Shown here: positions 36,761 to 46,916 of the stretch, piece by piece
How positions within the stretch are numbered: position 1 is the first letter of the stretch
Layout of the letters: every line of letters begins with the position of its first letter
Assembly (NCBI GenBank): GCA_964498005.1
Contig: CAZCFU010000001.1
Coordinates: 9,374 to 73,373 of the forward strand
Direction: 5' to 3'
Length of the DNA: 64,000 nucleotides
From: an uncultured Oscillospiraceae bacterium
Lineage (GTDB): Bacteria > Bacillota > Clostridia > Oscillospirales > Oscillospiraceae
Translations under genes and position numbers: made by a program
Notes under the pieces: generated by a model
What the model was told of the DNA's origin: nothing
What the model saw: the letters and a program-made list of their open reading frames with translations, nothing else
The model's database searches: none

Positions 36761-38221
36761 ATGTCTTATTTCCATGGCGTTTATAATTCCGAAATCGACA
36801 CCAGCCTGACCGCACCCATTCAGGGAAGCGCGGGCCTGCAGGTCATTTTCGGAACCGCCCCCGTTCACCTGTCCAGAAACCCCTATGCGGCGGTCAATAA
36901 GCCCATGCTGTGCTACTCCTTTGCGGAGTGCCAGCAGAACGTGGGGTATTCCGACAACTTCAAGGACTTCACTCTGTGTCAGAGCGTTGATGCCTCTTTC
37001 CGTGTGTTTAATGTCGCCCCCATTATCCTGGTGAATGTGCTGGATCCCAAGAAGTCCAGGCACACCACCGTGAACGCGGCGGAGGATTGCCCTGTGGTGG
37101 ACGGCCAGGTGGTCTATACAAAGCCTTACACCATGCTGGACTCCCTGGTGGTCAAGAACGGGGGCACGGAACTGGTGGCGGATCGTGACTATATTGCCGC
37201 CCATGATAATGACGGCAATGTGCTGATCACCATTCTGTCTCAGGCAGCCCAGGGAGCCGCCACGCTGTCCGTGGCAGGCAAGAGCCTGAACCCTGCCGGT
37301 GTGACCCGCGAGGATGTGGTGGGCGGCGTGGACGCCCTGACCGGCCAGGAGACTGGCCTGGAGCTGGTGCGGCACATCTACCCCAAACTGGGCATGGTGC
37401 CCGGGCTGCTGCTGGCCCCCGGATGGAGTGGGGACGCGGTGGTGGCGGCGGCGCTCCAGGCGAAAACCGAGGCCATCAACGGCGTTTTCGTCTGCAACTG
37501 TCTGCTGGATATTCCCACAGAGGGCGACAATGGCGCAGCCGTCTACACGGACGCCAAGGTAGCCAAGGAAAAACTGGGTGCGACCTCCAACCATGCCGCG
37601 GCCCTGTGGCCAATGGTAGCGGTGGGGGATAAGATTTACCACTATTCCGCCTTGTTCGGCGCCCTGACTGCCTACACCGATGCCAGCAACGCAGACGTGC
37701 CCTATGAAAGCCCGTCCAATAAGGACCTGCGGATCACCGCCACCGTGCTGGCGGACGGCACCGAGGTGGTTCTGGATGAGCAGCAGGTAAACGATGTGCT
37801 GAACGCAAACGGGATTATTGGCGCAGTAAATTCGGATGGGTTTAAGTCCTGGGGCAACAGCACAGCGGCATACCCATCCACCACGGATCCGAAAGATCGT
37901 TGGTTTGCAGTACGCCGTTTCTTTGACTGGGACGGAAATGATTTTATCAGAACATACAAGCAGAAGGTGGACAAGCCGGGGAATAAGCGATTGATTAAGT
38001 CCATTGTGGACAGTCAGAACATTAAGGGAAACGGTTATGTGGCCCGCGACTACTGCGCCGGCTACAAGATGGATTTTCTGGAGAGCGAGAACCCGGCCAC
38101 CAACCTGATTAATGGCCACTTGACCGTCCACACCTTTATGGCCCCCTATATCCCGGCGGAGTACATCGAGAATATCCGGGAGTATGACGTGGCAGCCCTG
38201 ACGGCGGCCCTGACCGCATAA
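36761..38221 (+). CDS. Tail sheath protein
   Basis: YFHGV start, PGLLLAPGWS, ESPSNK, WGN; 486 aa. Confidence 0.9.
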   Translation: MSYFHGVYNSEIDTSLTAPIQGSAGLQVIFGTAPVHLSRNPYAAVNKPMLCYSFAECQQNVGYSDNFKDFTLCQSVDASFRVFNVAPIILVNVLDPKKSRHTTVNAAEDCPVVDGQVVYTKPYTMLDSLVVKNGGTELVADRDYIAAHDNDGNVLITILSQAAQGAATLSVAGKSLNPAGVTREDVVGGVDALTGQETGLELVRHIYPKLGMVPGLLLAPGWSGDAVVAAALQAKTEAINGVFVCNCLLDIPTEGDNGAAVYTDAKVAKEKLGATSNHAAALWPMVAVGDKIYHYSALFGALTAYTDASNADVPYESPSNKDLRITATVLADGTEVVLDEQQVNDVLNANGIIGAVNSDGFKSWGNSTAAYPSTTDPKDRWFAVRRFFDWDGNDFIRTYKQKVDKPGNKRLIKSIVDSQNIKGNGYVARDYCAGYKMDFLESENPATNLINGHLTVHTFMAPYIPAEYIENIREYDVAALTAALTA

Positions 38222-38233
38222 CAGGAGGTACAT

Positions 38234-38749
38234 ATGAAAACTCTTCCGACCAAGATCAATAAATACAACGTCTACAACGCGGGAAACCGCCTGTTGGGCA
38301 TGGGGGATGAAGTTACCCTGCCCAGTTTTGAGGCGTCCAGCGAAACGGTGAGCGGCGCGGGCGTCCTGGGTGAGTTCGACGATCCCACCGTGGGCTATTT
38401 CTCCAACATGGAAATGGAAATCCCGTTCCGGGTTCTGGACGAGGAGGCCGTGGAAATGCTGGACCAGACCAAGGCGGTCCAGCTGGAACTGCGCGGCGCC
38501 CAGCAGACCACCGACGCCAGCGGGGACATTGAGTTCCGGCCCATGCGTGTGGTGGTCCGTGGACGCATGGCCAGTTTTGACCCCGGAAAGGTCAAGGCCG
38601 CCAACGGCATGGACACCAGCGTGAAATTGACGATCCTCTATATCCTGATCGAGCTGGAGGGCAAGCCCATGGTGGAACTGGACAAGATCAACGAGGTTTT
38701 CAAGATCCGGGGCGTGGACATTCTGGCCAAGATCAAGGAAATGTGCTAA
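38234..38749 (+). CDS. Tail tube protein (P2 FII-like)
   Basis: EVTLP, GAGVLGE, ELDKIN..GVDIL. Confidence 0.88.
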   Translation: MKTLPTKINKYNVYNAGNRLLGMGDEVTLPSFEASSETVSGAGVLGEFDDPTVGYFSNMEMEIPFRVLDEEAVEMLDQTKAVQLELRGAQQTTDASGDIEFRPMRVVVRGRMASFDPGKVKAANGMDTSVKLTILYILIELEGKPMVELDKINEVFKIRGVDILAKIKEMC

Positions 38750-38836
38750 GTGCTCAATAGAGCGCGGGGGCAGTCATTCGGGGCAAAGCCTCGAATGGCG
38801 CCCCTTGCGGCGGAAAACAGAAAGGAGTTTTTCACA

Positions 38837-39244
38837 ATGGAAAAGAACAAACAGAACGACACCGAGCGGGCGGAAATGGAGGCCATGCAGGCCACCCAGG
38901 CGGAGGCCGGGACCGAGGGCGTGGAGGACACCGAGCCGGAGGATCTGGTGCTGCGGTTTAACAAGCCGTACAAGTTCGGCGGAGTGGAATACACCGAGGT
39001 GGACCTGTCCGGCCTGGAGGACGTGACGGCGGGGGTGTTGGAGAGCGTGGGAAAGATCGTGGCCAAGAAAAACCCGGGTATGAACCCGGCCTTGCAGGAA
39101 ATGTCCATGACGTTCTGTACCTACCTGGCCCAGCGTGTGGCCAAGCTGCCACTGGACTTCTTCACCGGCCTGCCGGCTAAAGAGGCCATCAAACTGAAAG
39201 CCATGGTCACAAATTTTCTGTACGCCGGGGATGGGGAGGACTAA
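38837..39244 (+). CDS. Tail assembly chaperone (-1 frameshift extension to 39402)
   Basis: Between tube and TMP; A-AAT-TTT slippery heptamer at 39211-39217. Confidence 0.8.
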   Translation: MEKNKQNDTERAEMEAMQATQAEAGTEGVEDTEPEDLVLRFNKPYKFGGVEYTEVDLSGLEDVTAGVLESVGKIVAKKNPGMNPALQEMSMTFCTYLAQRVAKLPLDFFTGLPAKEAIKLKAMVTNFLYAGDGED

Positions 39245-39388
39245 CCCCGGAGGTAATCCGTAAGGGCTGCGTGGCCCTGTCCATGCAGCTGCATAGCGGT
39301 CTGGACGTCTTCCTGTCCATGCAGGTGGACGATGTGAACGACTACGCGCAAACGGTCAAGGCCATGTGGGATGAGGTGAACCGACGCC

Positions 39389-41971
39389 GTGGCAAAAAGT
39401 AAGACCTATGAAATGATGCTGAAAATTGCCGGAAAGGCGGACGGCTCCCTGAAAAAGGCCTGTGCGGCGGCGTCTCAGAATCTGGAAACGCTGGGTAATG
39501 CGGCGAAAACCGCCGGAAAGGTAGTGGCAGGAGCATCTCTTGCTATCGTGGGAGCAACCGCTACCATAGGAACCGCCGCGCTGGAAGCGGGGAAGGAATA
39601 CCAAGCGCAGCTTGCCAACATTTCTACCCTACTGACTGGAACGGAGGCAGAGGTGGCGGCCCGCACGACGGAAATCGGGGATCAAATCCTGGATGTGTCG
39701 AACCGCACCGGTGTGGCTACCGACAATCTGACCGATGGCATGTATCAAGTCATTTCCGCATTTGGTGACTCGGCGGACGCATCAAGCATTCTGGAAACAG
39801 CGGCAAAATCAGCAGCGGCGGGAAACGCCACCACAGCGGACAGTATCAATCTGCTGTCCGCCGTGACAAAAGGCTATGGCGATACATCGGCGGAGGCAGT
39901 ACAAAAGGCGGCGGATTTGTCTTTTGCGACTGTGCGGCTGGGGCAGACTTCTTTCCCTGAGCTGGCATCTTCCATGGGAAAGGTGATTCCGCTGGCCAGT
40001 ACGTTGGGGCTGGAGCAGGAACAGCTTTTTGGTGCCATGGCCACACTAACCGGCGTGACGGGATCCACGGCAGAGGTGGTCACGCAGTTAAAGGCCACCA
40101 TGCAAGGCTTCTTGTCTCCCTCCAAAAATATGAAGGAAGCCCTTAAATCAATGGGCTATGAAAGCGGACAAGCGTTGCTGGAGAGCGAGGGCTTGCAAGG
40201 GGCGCTCGACGCTCTGAAAAACAGCGTGCATGGGGATGAACTGGCATTTGCGGGGCTGTTTTCGTCCGTAGAAGCGCAGACCGCCGTGCTGGCCATGGCG
40301 GGTACACAGTCCGAAAACTTGGCTATGAAAACAGCGGAAATGTACGAGGCTGCCGGGGCGGCAGATACAGCCTTTCAGCGCCAGACAAAAAACCTAAAAT
40401 ATACCATCCAGACGGTCAAAAATCTGGGGCAAAATTTTCTAACGCAGTTGGGCACCAATATACTGCCTTATGTCAGTGATTTGGCAGAAAAGGCGGTTCC
40501 GAAAGTGCAAAGAGCGCTGGAAAGCGCCGGAGATTATGTGGAAAAAACGATTATCCCGACGGCGGAAAAGGCTGTAAAGTGGATCGGTGAAAACAAGACA
40601 GCGATTCTGGCTGTGGCTGGTGCCGCAGCAACCGCAGTGGGAGCTTTTAAGGGTTTGCAAGTGGCGTCTGCCGCTGTGGGTGCGGTAAAAAACCTGTCCA
40701 CTATCTTCAAAGCGGGAGCAAAAAGCGGTGGTCTGCTGTCCAAAGTGCTGGGAATGGGCAACGTCAAGCTGGCGCTGATCGCCGGGGTGATCGCCCTGGT
40801 GGCGGCGGGGTTTGTCCTGCTGTGGAACAAAAGCGAAAAGTTTAGGGCTACCGTTTCAATGCTGTGGAGCCAGCTCAAAATTTTGGGACAATATCTGGCG
40901 GAAATGGCCAGCACAGCATGGGGGAAAGTGGCACCACTATTTGCAAAATTGGGCGATATGATGCTGAACGGCCTGGAGCGGGCGACGGAGCTATTGGCAC
41001 CTATTGCACTTGGCATAATTGGCGCCCTGATGGGGATAGCCGAATTTATCACTGGCGTTTTCTCGGGCGACTGGGATAAAGCCCTGCGGGGGCTGAAGAG
41101 TATATTCTGGAATGTGCTGGGCGGCATGGGAGGCTTGGCCGTAGCCGGATTTACTGCCATTCTGGAGATCGGGTCCGCTATATGGCCTGTGCTCGACAAT
41201 ATCGTTTTGTCCGGAATTACAGCAATAGGCGAACGTTTTCCGTTGCTGGGTGCGTATTTGCAGGGCTGGTGGAGCAGTATCCAAGCGACATGGACTAATG
41301 TGCAGGCGATTTTCTCCAACATCATTGATTTTATTGATAATGTGTTTGCGGGAAATTGGTCTGCCGCCTGGCAAAATATCGTGGATATTTTCGGAAACCT
41401 TTTTGGCGGCCTAGTCAATTTGGCAAAGGCTCCCATTAATGGAGTTATTTCCGCTATCAATTTTGTGTTGGAAAAGGTCAACGGCATATCTGTCACGATC
41501 CCGGACTGGGTGCCGGGTATGGGCGGGAAGGCGCTGGGCTTTAACATCCCCACCATTCCGCAGTTGGCCGCCGGCGGTATCGCTACTGCGCCAACCCTGG
41601 CGGAAATCGGCGAGGGCGGGGAGCCGGAGGCGGTTCTGCCTCTATCCAAACTGTCCGCCATGCTCCAGGAGCCGCCGGGGGACGCACCGCTGGCCCAGCT
41701 GGCCAAAATGCTGGATGACTGGACTAAGAACCCTACGCCAGGCCAGCAGGGGCCTGACATGGGCGGAAATGACAGCCCGCCTCCGGAGGGTGGCCAGAAC
41801 CCGCAGGACGACAGAGGGGACAACGTCACGTTCGTGTTCCATTACCACGGCACCGCCTCACCGGAGCAGGCTAAAGAGGCCGGGAAAATCGGCTTTACAG
41901 AGTTCAAACGCCTATACCAGCAAATGAAAGCGGAGGAGCGCCGCAAGAATTTGAGGGCGTCCACGTGCTAA
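39389..41971 (+). CDS. Tape measure protein (TP901 family)
   Basis: 860 aa Ala-rich, GMYQVISA, GQTSFPELASSMG, W/F periodic repeats. Confidence 0.92.
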   Translation: MAKSKTYEMMLKIAGKADGSLKKACAAASQNLETLGNAAKTAGKVVAGASLAIVGATATIGTAALEAGKEYQAQLANISTLLTGTEAEVAARTTEIGDQILDVSNRTGVATDNLTDGMYQVISAFGDSADASSILETAAKSAAAGNATTADSINLLSAVTKGYGDTSAEAVQKAADLSFATVRLGQTSFPELASSMGKVIPLASTLGLEQEQLFGAMATLTGVTGSTAEVVTQLKATMQGFLSPSKNMKEALKSMGYESGQALLESEGLQGALDALKNSVHGDELAFAGLFSSVEAQTAVLAMAGTQSENLAMKTAEMYEAAGAADTAFQRQTKNLKYTIQTVKNLGQNFLTQLGTNILPYVSDLAEKAVPKVQRALESAGDYVEKTIIPTAEKAVKWIGENKTAILAVAGAAATAVGAFKGLQVASAAVGAVKNLSTIFKAGAKSGGLLSKVLGMGNVKLALIAGVIALVAAGFVLLWNKSEKFRATVSMLWSQLKILGQYLAEMASTAWGKVAPLFAKLGDMMLNGLERATELLAPIALGIIGALMGIAEFITGVFSGDWDKALRGLKSIFWNVLGGMGGLAVAGFTAILEIGSAIWPVLDNIVLSGITAIGERFPLLGAYLQGWWSSIQATWTNVQAIFSNIIDFIDNVFAGNWSAAWQNIVDIFGNLFGGLVNLAKAPINGVISAINFVLEKVNGISVTIPDWVPGMGGKALGFNIPTIPQLAAGGIATAPTLAEIGEGGEPEAVLPLSKLSAMLQEPPGDAPLAQLAKMLDDWTKNPTPGQQGPDMGGNDSPPPEGGQNPQDDRGDNVTFVFHYHGTASPEQAKEAGKIGFTEFKRLYQQMKAEERRKNLRASTC

Positions 41972-41984
41972 GGAGGAGCGAACC

Positions 41985-42197
41985 ATGGCAGGCACATACA
42001 CCACCAAGCAGGGGGATGCCTGGGACGCTATCGCCCACCAAGTGTATGGCAGCGTGAAATATACCGGCTGGCTGATGGAGAACAACCGCCCCCACCTGGA
42101 CACGTTCAAATTTAGGGCAGGGGTGGTTCTCCAGACGCCTGACCCGCCGGAGGACAGCACGGCGGACGATCTGCCGATTTGGAGGACTGAGGCATGA
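41985..42197 (+). CDS. Tail protein X (LysM-like)
   Basis: YTTKQGDAWDAIA..YG...LPIW. Confidence 0.85.
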   Translation: MAGTYTTKQGDAWDAIAHQVYGSVKYTGWLMENNRPHLDTFKFRAGVVLQTPDPPEDSTADDLPIWRTEA

Positions 42198-43177
42198 AAA
42201 CACGGCGGGCATATGTGGATCTGACCTGGAATGGCGCAGCCGTGACCACCAAAATGACCGGCTATCAGGAAAACGTAACCTATACGGATCAGGCCAGCGG
42301 AGAGGCGGACAGCCTGGACGTTGCGATCCATGGAGAAAAGTGGATCGGGCCGTGGTTCCCGGCGGAGGGGGACGCCCTGACCGCAACCATAAAGGTATAT
42401 GACTGGGAACGGGAGAGCGACAACAGGAGTCTGCCCTGTGGATCGTTCGTGCTGGACAATCCCTCATTTAATGGCTGGCCGGTAACTGGAACAATTTCCA
42501 CTGTATCTGTTCCGGCGGACAGTTCTTTCAGGGAAACCAAGCGGAGCAAAACCTGGGAAAATGTCACCGTGGAGGAGATTGGAAAGGAGATCGCAGGCCG
42601 AGCGGGTGTGGCCCTGTTCTACGACGTGGAGGGCGGCCCCATTCAGATCAAAACCATAGAGCAATCGGAACGGACGGACTGCGATTTTTACATGGATCTG
42701 TGCAGCACCTACGGTCTGGCCATGAAAGTCTATTCCAAAAAGATTGTGGTTTTTGACCGGGAGGCTTACAAGGCCAAAAGACCGGTGGGCACCATCACCA
42801 GGGATATGGTCAAATCGTTCAGCTGGAGCGGGCAACTGGCCGGGACATACACCGGCGGGGAATATACTTACACGGATCCGTACACCGAGGAAGAAATAAA
42901 GGTCAACGTGGGAGGAGGTTCCCGGATCCTGAAACTGTCCGGCAAGGCGGACAGCAAAGCCGACGCGGAGCGAAAGATCAAGGCGGCGGTGGCCAATGCC
43001 AACCATGGGGCTAAAAAGCTGTCCATGACCATCATGGGAAATGCCATGTGGGTGGCCTCCCAATGTGTGGCGGTCAAGGATATGGGGAAACTGTCCGGCA
43101 AGTATTACATGGACAAGATTATCCACAATGTTGGTGGCGGCTACGACATGGAACTGGAAATGTCACTGGTGGAGTAA
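42194..43177 (+). CDS. Baseplate hub / late control gpD-like protein
   Basis: YTDQASGEADSL, EQSERTD; synteny. Confidence 0.8.
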   Translation: MKTRRAYVDLTWNGAAVTTKMTGYQENVTYTDQASGEADSLDVAIHGEKWIGPWFPAEGDALTATIKVYDWERESDNRSLPCGSFVLDNPSFNGWPVTGTISTVSVPADSSFRETKRSKTWENVTVEEIGKEIAGRAGVALFYDVEGGPIQIKTIEQSERTDCDFYMDLCSTYGLAMKVYSKKIVVFDREAYKAKRPVGTITRDMVKSFSWSGQLAGTYTGGEYTYTDPYTEEEIKVNVGGGSRILKLSGKADSKADAERKIKAAVANANHGAKKLSMTIMGNAMWVASQCVAVKDMGKLSGKYYMDKIIHNVGGGYDMELEMSLVE

Positions 43178-43195
43178 GAAAGGGAGGCAGAGCCG

Positions 43196-43711
43196 ATGGA
43201 CAAGGGAATCCGGCTGGGCAAGGTTTCCAACGTGGACTACGCCACCGGCATGGTGCGGGTGGTGTATCACGAAAGGGACGACGACGTGACCCGCATGATC
43301 CCAATACTGTCCACGGTTTTTTCCGGGGTTTACAGTATGCCAGAGGTGGGTGACCAGGTTTTAGTCATCCACCTGTCCAACGGAAGCGAGGCCGGGGTGG
43401 TTCTGGGCCGCCCCTGGAGTGAAAAGACAAAGCCGCCGGAGGGGGCGGAAAAGCTGTACCGTCTGGACATGGATCGCGCCCCTGGTGTGGCCATGGTTCG
43501 CTATGACGGGCAGGGAAAGGCCCTGCTGATTGTCATGCCGGATATCACCGTAAAAAGCCCTGTTTGTGTGATTGGCGACGTAGTGATAGATGGGAATCTG
43601 ACAGTAAATGGTGACGTTACTGTGTCCGGAGACGTGGTGGCTGGGGGCGTATCCCTACGGAACCATACGCACGGTGGAGATAGTGGCGGAACCACAACAG
43701 CACCGCAATAA
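43196..43711 (+). CDS. Baseplate spike gpV-like protein
   Basis: MPEVGDQVLV, C-terminal HTH metal motif (NHTHGG). Confidence 0.85.
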   Translation: MDKGIRLGKVSNVDYATGMVRVVYHERDDDVTRMIPILSTVFSGVYSMPEVGDQVLVIHLSNGSEAGVVLGRPWSEKTKPPEGAEKLYRLDMDRAPGVAMVRYDGQGKALLIVMPDITVKSPVCVIGDVVIDGNLTVNGDVTVSGDVVAGGVSLRNHTHGGDSGGTTTAPQ

Positions 43712-43726
43712 AAGGAGGGTCAGGCC

Positions 43727-44119
43727 GTGGCCGTTGGAACACTGGGACAGATTGTTTTTGAGGTCAGCGACCAAAAGGTGCTGACCTTTGACAGTATGAC
43801 CCGCGACGTTTCTGGGCGCTGGACAGAGCATGAGGTTATGGGCGTAAAGCCAAAACCGGAATTTTTGGGGCCGGGAAATCAAAAGATCGCCCTGCCCATT
43901 ACGCTGTCCGCCGGCCTGGGTGTCCGTCCCCGCAAAATGCTGGAACTAGTGGAGAGCATGGTGGAGAGCGGTGATGCGGAGTATTTGATCATAAACTGCA
44001 GGCCGGTGGGCCGCCACCCGTTTCGCCTGACAGCCTCCAGCGAGACGTGGGATCGTATGTACCGGCGCGGCGAACTGGCCAAGGCAAGCCTGACCATCAC
44101 CCTGGAGGAATACACATGA
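43727..44119 (+). CDS. Tail protein gpU-like
   Basis: GTLGQIVFEVS, KPKPEFLGPG, LEEY. Confidence 0.8.
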   Translation: MAVGTLGQIVFEVSDQKVLTFDSMTRDVSGRWTEHEVMGVKPKPEFLGPGNQKIALPITLSAGLGVRPRKMLELVESMVESGDAEYLIINCRPVGRHPFRLTASSETWDRMYRRGELAKASLTITLEEYT

Positions 44120-44430
44120 CACACGGAACAAATGCGCCGTTGTTCGACTTCAAACTGGAATATACCTTTGAGGACGACAAACTGGCGGAGCTGGATCGAC
44201 AGCTGGCCCTGCTGCTGTCCACGCCGGCGGGCACCATGCCACTGGATCGGGAGTTTGGGATCCAAATGAATTTTGTGGACAAGCCCCCGGAGGTGGTAAA
44301 GAGCCTATACACGGCGGAAGTGACCAAAAAGGTCCCGCAGTTTATCCCATGGGTGCGGGTCTATGAGGTTATATGGGGATATGGAGAACAAGGGCACATC
44401 AAGCCAAAGGTGGTGATCACCCGTGCCTGA
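44116..44430 (+). CDS. Baseplate wedge gp25/gpW-like protein
   Basis: LLSTPAGTMPLDREFG. Confidence 0.78.
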   Translation: MTHGTNAPLFDFKLEYTFEDDKLAELDRQLALLLSTPAGTMPLDREFGIQMNFVDKPPEVVKSLYTAEVTKKVPQFIPWVRVYEVIWGYGEQGHIKPKVVITRA

Positions 44431-45577
44431 CATTTCGGCATTGAAAAATCTGCCAGATGTTAGTTTTATTGACGGGGCAACGGTGGAGGACATATGCGGG
44501 GAAATGGTGGCGGACTATGAGGCGTTTATGTCTCAGGCCACTGGCCGCCCGCTGACCCTGGACCGTGCCAGTCCTCACCGAATGGAGCTATACGCGGCGG
44601 CGGCACAAATCTATCACGCCATGCAGTACATTGACCGAGCAGGCAAGCAGAACCTTTTGAAATACAGCTATTCCACTTTTCTGGATCACCTGGCGGCCTT
44701 TAAGGGATTGACCCGTGAACCGGCGGCAGCGGCCACCACCACCCTGCGCTTTACTCTTTCGGCGGTGAGGGGGGCGGCCACGGGGATCCCGGTGGGCACC
44801 AGGGCGGCGGTGCCGGACTGGTCCGTGTATTTTGAAACCACAAAATACATGGAGATCCCGGCAGGGGCTATGACGGTGGACGTGCCCGCATCCTGTACCG
44901 TGACCGGCACAGTGGGGAATGACCTGCCGGTGGGAAAACTGGCCGTACTGGTGGATCCTATCCCCTACATGGCCAGCGTGTCCAATATCACAGTAACCGC
45001 CGGCGGAGCGGAGATCGAGAGCGACGACCACCTGGCGGAGCGGGTTTACCTGTTCCCCGGATCCTACTCCACCGCAGGGCCGGAGGCCAACTATCAATAC
45101 CACGCCAAAAAGTTTAACGTAAACGTAGGGGACGTGGTGGTGGCCAGCGAACAGGCGGCGGGCACCGTGGACATTTATTTCCTTATGGCGGATGGAACCA
45201 CCCCGCCGGAGGAGATGATTACTGGCCTGGAGAACTACCTGCGAGATAACAATATTCGCCCCATGACCGACCTGGTGCGGGTGGCCGCGCCGGCAGAGGA
45301 GGAATACTCCATCGACCTGGTCTATTACATCAACCGCGGCGACAGTAACCGGGCCATAGCCATCCAGGAGGCCGTGACCGCCGCCGTGGAGAAATACAAG
45401 GTGTGGCAGCGAGCCATAGGGCGGGATATCAACCCGGACAAACTGCGGGAGCTGGTCATGGCGGCGGGGGCTAAACGAGTGGAAATGGCCACCCCGGCTT
45501 ACCAAATCGTGGACAAAAAGTCCGTGGCTGCCCTGACCGGCCAGACAGTCCACTATGGAGGACTGGAAGATGATTGA
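44423..45577 (+). CDS. Baseplate J/gp47 protein
   Basis: GGAEIESDD, STAGP, RPMTD motifs. Confidence 0.9.
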   Translation: MPDISALKNLPDVSFIDGATVEDICGEMVADYEAFMSQATGRPLTLDRASPHRMELYAAAAQIYHAMQYIDRAGKQNLLKYSYSTFLDHLAAFKGLTREPAAAATTTLRFTLSAVRGAATGIPVGTRAAVPDWSVYFETTKYMEIPAGAMTVDVPASCTVTGTVGNDLPVGKLAVLVDPIPYMASVSNITVTAGGAEIESDDHLAERVYLFPGSYSTAGPEANYQYHAKKFNVNVGDVVVASEQAAGTVDIYFLMADGTTPPEEMITGLENYLRDNNIRPMTDLVRVAAPAEEEYSIDLVYYINRGDSNRAIAIQEAVTAAVEKYKVWQRAIGRDINPDKLRELVMAAGAKRVEMATPAYQIVDKKSVAALTGQTVHYGGLEDD

Positions 45578-46238
45578 CCTGCGTGGCAGCCGCTTCACGG
45601 ACATTATGCCGGAAAACCTGGCCAGCCAACTGGAAACCCAGGCTTTTGCCTATGCCCTGGGCCGTCAAATAGAAAAGCTGTGCGCCTATGCGGATATGAT
45701 CCGTATTTATGCCGCTGTGGACTCCATGCCGGAGAAGATTCTGGATGTGCTGGCGGTGGAACTGCGAACCCCGGCCTACAGTCAGAGTTTTTCCATTGGG
45801 GTCAAGCGGGCGCTGGTCAAGGGTACATTGAACTTTTACGCCCGCATGGGCACCCCGGCGGCCTGCAATCAGATCATAGAGACCATTTTCGGCAGTGGTC
45901 ATATAGAAGAATGGTTTGACTATGAGGGAAACCCGCACCATTTTCGGGCATACGTGGGTGACGGCAGGGTGAATCTGGCGGATCTGGAGGAATTCCTGCA
46001 GGTGCTGGAGCGCGTCAAACGCCTTTCCAGTTGGCTGGATGAGGTCATTATCACATTGCCCACAGTTTGCGGTCAGATCCCTATTGCCACCCGCCCCGGC
46101 CCCCGCATTGGCCGCTCCGCGCCGCCGGCGTACCACGCCCAGCTGCCCCCGGGGCGTATCCCCGCCGCGTCCCTGCTGGGAATGCGGTACAGCACAGTCA
46201 CATTACCCATGAAGGAGGTAAAAACCGATGGGCTATAA
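45570..46238 (+). CDS. Tail protein I-like baseplate protein
   Basis: LDVLAVE, MGTPAA, EEWFDY..PHHF. Confidence 0.8.
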   Translation: MIDLRGSRFTDIMPENLASQLETQAFAYALGRQIEKLCAYADMIRIYAAVDSMPEKILDVLAVELRTPAYSQSFSIGVKRALVKGTLNFYARMGTPAACNQIIETIFGSGHIEEWFDYEGNPHHFRAYVGDGRVNLADLEEFLQVLERVKRLSSWLDEVIITLPTVCGQIPIATRPGPRIGRSAPPAYHAQLPPGRIPAASLLGMRYSTVTLPMKEVKTDGL

Positions 46239-46902
46239 CGTATACATGACAAAGGCCGGGTTCGCCCTCCAGGCGAAGCTGTTCGCCGAGGGCGGCGATC
46301 TGGAGATCACCCGAGTGGAGGTGGGCTCCGGCATCCTGCCCGAGGGGGCGGACTGGCGGACGCTGACGGGGCTGGTGCAGTCCCGGGCCGTGGCCACGTC
46401 CACCAAGCCCCTGCGGCGGGACTGCACGGTGAGCCTGGAGATCGAGTACCGCTCCGACCTGACCCAGACCGAGGAGCCCTTCCAGATCAATGAGTTCGGC
46501 GTGTTCGCCATCGGGGCGGAGGGGGAGGAGGCGCTGATCCTCTACGGGGATCTGAGCGACTGCCCGGACACCGCCGTGCCGCTGAAATACGGCGGGTGCG
46601 TCCGGCGGTATCCGGTGCTGATGGAGATCGGGCCGTATGCCGGCGCGAAGCTGGACTTCCCGGCGTGCGCATGGGTGACATGGGAGGAGCTGGCCGAGGC
46701 CATTGCCGCCCACGACGCCGATCCAGCCGCCCACCCCTATCTGCTGGGGCTGTACGCCGGGGCGGACGCCCGCCTGTCCCTGCTGGAGCTGATGTACAAC
46801 ACGGACGTGTCGGGCAACCCGTTCACGGCCACGTTCGAGAGCCTGACGGGCCTGATCTGCACCGGCGTGTGGAACACCGCGCTGGCCCAGCTGGAATTTT
46901 GA
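46228..46902 (+). CDS. Tail fibre-base / collar protein
   Basis: MTKAGFAL..., EFGVFA, HDADPAAHP. Confidence 0.65.
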   Translation: MGYNVYMTKAGFALQAKLFAEGGDLEITRVEVGSGILPEGADWRTLTGLVQSRAVATSTKPLRRDCTVSLEIEYRSDLTQTEEPFQINEFGVFAIGAEGEEALILYGDLSDCPDTAVPLKYGGCVRRYPVLMEIGPYAGAKLDFPACAWVTWEELAEAIAAHDADPAAHPYLLGLYAGADARLSLLELMYNTDVSGNPFTATFESLTGLICTGVWNTALAQLEF

Positions 46903-46916
46903 GAAGGTGAGGGAAT

